From: an uncultured delta proteobacterium
GTDB lineage: Bacteria > Desulfobacterota > Binatia > UBA9968
Direction: 5' to 3'
Assembly: GCA_963745035.1 (NCBI GenBank)
Contig: CAVUVW010000014.1
Location: 800,001-864,000, forward strand
DNA length: 64,000 nt
In this document: positions 60,200 through 64,000 of the stretch, piece after piece
How the letters are laid out: every line of letters starts with the position of its first letter
Position numbering within the stretch: the first letter of the stretch is position 1
Notes under the pieces: generated by a model
What the model saw: the letters and a program-made list of their open reading frames with translations, nothing else
What the model was told of the DNA's origin: nothing
Databases searched by the model: none
Made by a program: the position numbers and the translations under genes

Positions 60200-60517
60200 A
60201 AGCTGTAGCCAATCTAAGTGAATCCCGTCAGCTCGTCAACGAAAAGGCTGGCGAATCATTTCCAATCCGGCGCAGGTCATTAGATGGTTCAGTTTCGGAA
60301 AGATCTCTCGCGGAGTTTATCCTGAGCGGAGACGGAGAGTTCGAGATGATATCTCTGGTTAAGTGTCATTCCGAGCAAAGGGAGAAATCTTTTCCGTAAG
60401 ACAGAGACTTGGAAAATGGGAACTGAACCATACCTAAATCGCTGATTCGTTGTCAATTTTCGCCTCTCTATGTTACAGAAATTTATTCTAGAGGGGCGAG
60501 TTGGAAGGGAGTTTTGG

Positions 60518-61756
60518 ATGGAAGAAGAAGTTTTGCAACAGGTGGACCGCGATCGGATCGTGGAGGTGGCTTGCAATCTGGCCAATATCGTCAGCATCAC
60601 GGGCGAGGAAGAGGAAGTAGCAAAATATCTCGGCAGCGAATTCGAGAAGCTCGGCATGCAGGTCGATTATCAATACGTCGAGGACGGCAGGCCGAACGTC
60701 GTCGGCACGCTCAAGGGGACGGGCGGCGGCGCGACGTTGATGTTCAACGCGCACATGGACCACTTCGACAATCCCCAGGAGACGGTTGTCGATGAAGACC
60801 GCATCTACGGCCGCGGCTTGGTAAACATGAAGGCGGCATTTCCCTGCTACATCGAGGCGGTGTCTGCGCTTCAAAAGGCCGGCGGCAAATTGAAAGGCGA
60901 TTTGATCATCTCGGGCGTCGTCGGCGAAATCGAGAAAGCGCAGATCGGCCGGTTTCACGGCAAGACTTATCGCGGCGCGGGCGTCGGCGCGCGCTATCTG
61001 ATGGACCACGGCGTGATGGCCGACATGTGCATCATCGGCGAGCCGACCGGGTTGCAGTTGCAGATCGGCAACGCCGGCCTGCTCTGGGCGCGGGTCAGCG
61101 TGGACGGCAAAGCGACTAAGTTTGTTTTGGCCGCCTGCAAGGTGGCGCAGGCGATTCAGGACTGGGAAAAGGAATATCAGCGCAAGAACCCGCACAAGTT
61201 CATGCTGCCGACGGTGCAGATCGGCGCCATCGACGGTGGCAACGCTTTCAAGCCCGGCACCCGGCCAACGACGGATATCTTCGTCATCGTCAAGATGCTC
61301 CCCGACGCAGTGCCTTTGGCGATCAAGCGCGACATCGAACAGGTCTGCGAGAAGATAAAAAAACGCGAGAGCGATATTCTCGACATCCGCGTCGATCTTT
61401 ACCTGACGACGCCGGGCTATGAAATTTCCAAGAGTGAGCCTTTGGTGAAATCGATGGAGCGGGCGCACAAGACGGTATTCAACGCTCCCGTGCCTTACGC
61501 CAAGCCGATCCGCTACGGCATCACCAGCGATGGCTCGCGCATCGCTCAGTACGGCGTGCCTGCGATCACGTACGGTCCAGGATTCGGCACGCACCTGGTC
61601 GATCCCACGGAAACCAAGGCGGGCGCAGAATGGGACTCGCCCACCGGCGTGCGCCGCGGCGTCGGCATTACGAACATGGTGAACTGCACCAAGGTGTATG
61701 CGATGGCGGCGCTCGATATCTGCAATAGAAAAAGAGAAGAGGTGGCGAAGGCTTAA
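60518..61756 (+). CDS. M20/ArgE-DapE family metallohydrolase
   Basis: RPNVVG, NAHMD, YGRG..NMK, IGEPT, YGPG. Confidence 0.85.
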   Translation: MEEEVLQQVDRDRIVEVACNLANIVSITGEEEEVAKYLGSEFEKLGMQVDYQYVEDGRPNVVGTLKGTGGGATLMFNAHMDHFDNPQETVVDEDRIYGRGLVNMKAAFPCYIEAVSALQKAGGKLKGDLIISGVVGEIEKAQIGRFHGKTYRGAGVGARYLMDHGVMADMCIIGEPTGLQLQIGNAGLLWARVSVDGKATKFVLAACKVAQAIQDWEKEYQRKNPHKFMLPTVQIGAIDGGNAFKPGTRPTTDIFVIVKMLPDAVPLAIKRDIEQVCEKIKKRESDILDIRVDLYLTTPGYEISKSEPLVKSMERAHKTVFNAPVPYAKPIRYGITSDGSRIAQYGVPAITYGPGFGTHLVDPTETKAGAEWDSPTGVRRGVGITNMVNCTKVYAMAALDICNRKREEVAKA

Positions 61757-61875
61757 GACTGGGTCAACCGTTCAAAAGTTTTAACGTCTCGGCAGTCACA
61801 TGAATTCTGAACTTGAACGAAAAATGCACTTTGCCCAAGAGGCACTTTGCGCCGAATTCTACTTTGGAAAGTGAA

Positions 61876-62758
61876 ATGGATATTACGTTTGCTCATTATC
61901 GAAATCGCTTCTGCATGTTTCGCACTTATTACGCCCTGGCGGTGGGAAAGGTGCAGCCTGACGGCATCAACATGAAAGTCATCGAGTTGCCTGATCCCCC
62001 GAGCAAGGAGCAGGAAGAGGCCCTGATCCGCGGCGACGTGCAGGCGGCCAATCTTTATCTGCCGAATTTTCTTCGGCGCAAGCTGCAGAACGCACCGATC
62101 GTCGGGTTAGCCACCGAATGGAAATCGACGATGAAAGGCAACGGTGTCTTCGTGCGCACGCAAGGGCCGGTCAAGACGCCGAAGGATCTTGAAGGGAAAT
62201 TGATCGCAACGCATCAGGGTCTGCACGCAATTCACCAGTACTTGTTGCGCCGCGTGTATAGCGTCGACGATAAGAAGCTTCGTTGGGAGTCTTATCCGCA
62301 AGAAAAGCTGCTCGACGCGCTACTGAGCGGTAAGGCCGACGCGGTGGTGCTGCTCGATCATTTCTTTTTCCGCGGCGAAGTCGCGGACGGCGTTACTTGT
62401 CTTTACACGGACGGTGAAGCCTGGAAAAAACTTCACGGTTTCGACGAACTGATCAAGCACATGGTGGCGGCGCGTGAGGATCTGCTCGCGCAGAATCCCG
62501 GCATCAAAGAAACCTTGCTCCGAGCGTTTCCGAGCTTCGTTCGCGTACAGCGAATCTCATCTGGAAGAGATCGCCGATGGCTTTATCGCCCGCTACGGTG
62601 GCGACAAGGAAGCTCTGCTGGCTTCGGCGCGCTATCCGCGCATCGAATTTACCTTCACGGAAAAGGAACAGCGGCTGGCGCAGGCGGAGATGGAGTTACT
62701 CGTCGAAGTGGGACAGATCCCGCGCACGGCGCCGGTCGCAACCCTTTTCGCGGCGTAA
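61876..62758 (+). CDS. MqnA/MqnD/SBP-fold binding protein without signal peptide (frameshift near 62530)
   Basis: GDVQAA, KDLEGKLIA, LLSGKADAVV; tail continues in ORF 62474-62758. Confidence 0.65.
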
Positions 62759-62783
62759 CGATGGTTCTAACCGCAACGCTGTG

Positions 62784-63755
62784 ATGGCGGTCTTGACGCC
62801 GTTGGCTTTTAGATTCGGCGCGTTCCTTGCAGTCGCCACGCAGATCCTGGCAAGTTCCTGCACGAGCGTAACCGCGCCGGATTCTGCCGCGCGGCTTCGA
62901 CAGACTGCCGGTCTCATCGAGGAAGTCAAAGCATTTGGAAAGACCCTCGGCATCGAGCCGACGGCGGCGCTGACCCGCACCGTGCGGGAGGAGCCCGCCT
63001 TGTCCATGCTGTGGCTCTGGATGCAGCGCGAAGGCACTCTCGCTCTGAACGGCCCGATGGATATCCGCACCGCAATTGGTTATTGGGCGGAGTCCGAGCG
63101 AGTCAAGGTCGAGCGAATATACCGAGTCGACGGCTATAGCGTTTACTATCGCCAGGGAGATGAGTTCGCCGACTCCCGATCCGTGGCTACGCCGGGGCTC
63201 GCCGATGAGCGGCTCGCGCGATTGGTGAAGGTCGTGCTGCACGAAGATCTGCACGGCGACAACAATTTCGCGCTCCCTTGGGAGATCGAGGAAGCGATCG
63301 TGACGCCACTCGGTTCATTGGCCGCGGCAGAATATTTCCGGCAAAAGGGTGATGAGCGGAATTTGCGAAGCGCGTTGGCTTCGCTCGCCGATGAGCGACA
63401 AGCATCAAAGGAATTGAATGCGCTTGTCGCGCGAGCGCAGATCATCTTGGCGCAGGAAAAGATCGATAGCGCGAAGGAAAAAGTCCTGGCGCTCCTCGGC
63501 GAGTACCCCGCGTATCAAAAACAATTCGAGCGCCAGGTCCGCGGCCAGCACACACCGACTGTTCTTGAAGCGAAGCTCAGTCACGATCTGGCGTATTATC
63601 GCTATTTCGATACGATCCTTACGCTCGCGGAATTGGCACCGAGCTTGAAGGCGCTGATTGCAGATTTGAGAAGCATTCCGGCCGACGCTACCCACGCGAT
63701 CGTCGACAAACATCTCCGTAGTCTAAGAACCAAGTACACCGCCGCAAGTCACTAG
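62784..63755 (+). CDS. Putative lipoprotein zinc metallopeptidase
   Basis: ASSC lipobox-like motif; VLHEDLH followed by EEAIV. Confidence 0.55.
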   Translation: MAVLTPLAFRFGAFLAVATQILASSCTSVTAPDSAARLRQTAGLIEEVKAFGKTLGIEPTAALTRTVREEPALSMLWLWMQREGTLALNGPMDIRTAIGYWAESERVKVERIYRVDGYSVYYRQGDEFADSRSVATPGLADERLARLVKVVLHEDLHGDNNFALPWEIEEAIVTPLGSLAAAEYFRQKGDERNLRSALASLADERQASKELNALVARAQIILAQEKIDSAKEKVLALLGEYPAYQKQFERQVRGQHTPTVLEAKLSHDLAYYRYFDTILTLAELAPSLKALIADLRSIPADATHAIVDKHLRSLRTKYTAASH

Positions 63756-63772
63756 CAAGAAAACGCTTCAGG

Positions 63773-64000
63773 ATGAATTCAGTTTTCTCGAATCCCACCA
63801 TACGTGGTCTCAGCGCGCTTTACGCCGGAACTTTTTTTTCCGGCGCTTGGGCGATGGTTTTGCCGACGATTCCCGTCCTGGCGCAGCAATTCGGTGTATC
63901 GGCGGGCGGCGCGGCTCAGATTGTCACGGCCTTTGCGGCCGGGAAGTTTTTCGGCACGATCATCGCCGGCGTGCTTCTCGATCGCATGGGAACGCGGGTG
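63773..64000 (+). CDS. MFS transporter, 5' part
   Basis: Manual translation: ...PTIPVLAQQFGVS...IAGVLLDRMGTR (MFS motif A). Confidence 0.8.
   Translation, partial: MNSVFSNPTIRGLSALYAGTFFSGAWAMVLPTIPVLAQQFGVSAGGAAQIVTAFAAGKFFGTIIAGVLLDRMGTRV

Overview
64 kb of a moderately GC-rich bacterial chromosome. The gene content (many orphan SsuA/NMT1-type binding proteins, amidohydrolases, LLM oxidoreductase, TctC, Rieske oxygenase) suggests a Candidatus Binatota-like organism, but this is inference only. About a dozen single-base frameshifts in otherwise intact genes suggest a long-read assembly. The left half (about 1-29.8 kb) is a compositionally mixed accessory region. Its cargo blocks are interleaved with six same-strand fragments of a RAYT/Y1 HUH transposase family and with other gene debris. 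The blocks are: DUF899; a cupin-chloroperoxidase-NmrA operon behind an ECF41-type promoter; a bestrophin; a STAS/PP2C/RsbW partner-switching locus; a TTT-SDR-ThDP-deacetylase cluster; DUF4256; and a Rieske oxygenase with a binding protein. The right half looks like GC-rich backbone. Four observations stand out. (1) An NCS2-fold permease has an altered binding site, is fused to a degenerate RsbW-like domain, and lies inside a partner-switching locus (candidate transporter-sensor). (2) The cargo mosaic is punctuated by RAYT fragments. (3) A hidden UxxC selenoprotein of the peroxiredoxin-like family sits next to bolA-grxD. (4) PolA is actinobacterial-type, with Tyr at the E. coli F762 position. 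I recognised no rRNA, tRNA or CRISPR array. All family calls come from motif recognition; no searches were run.
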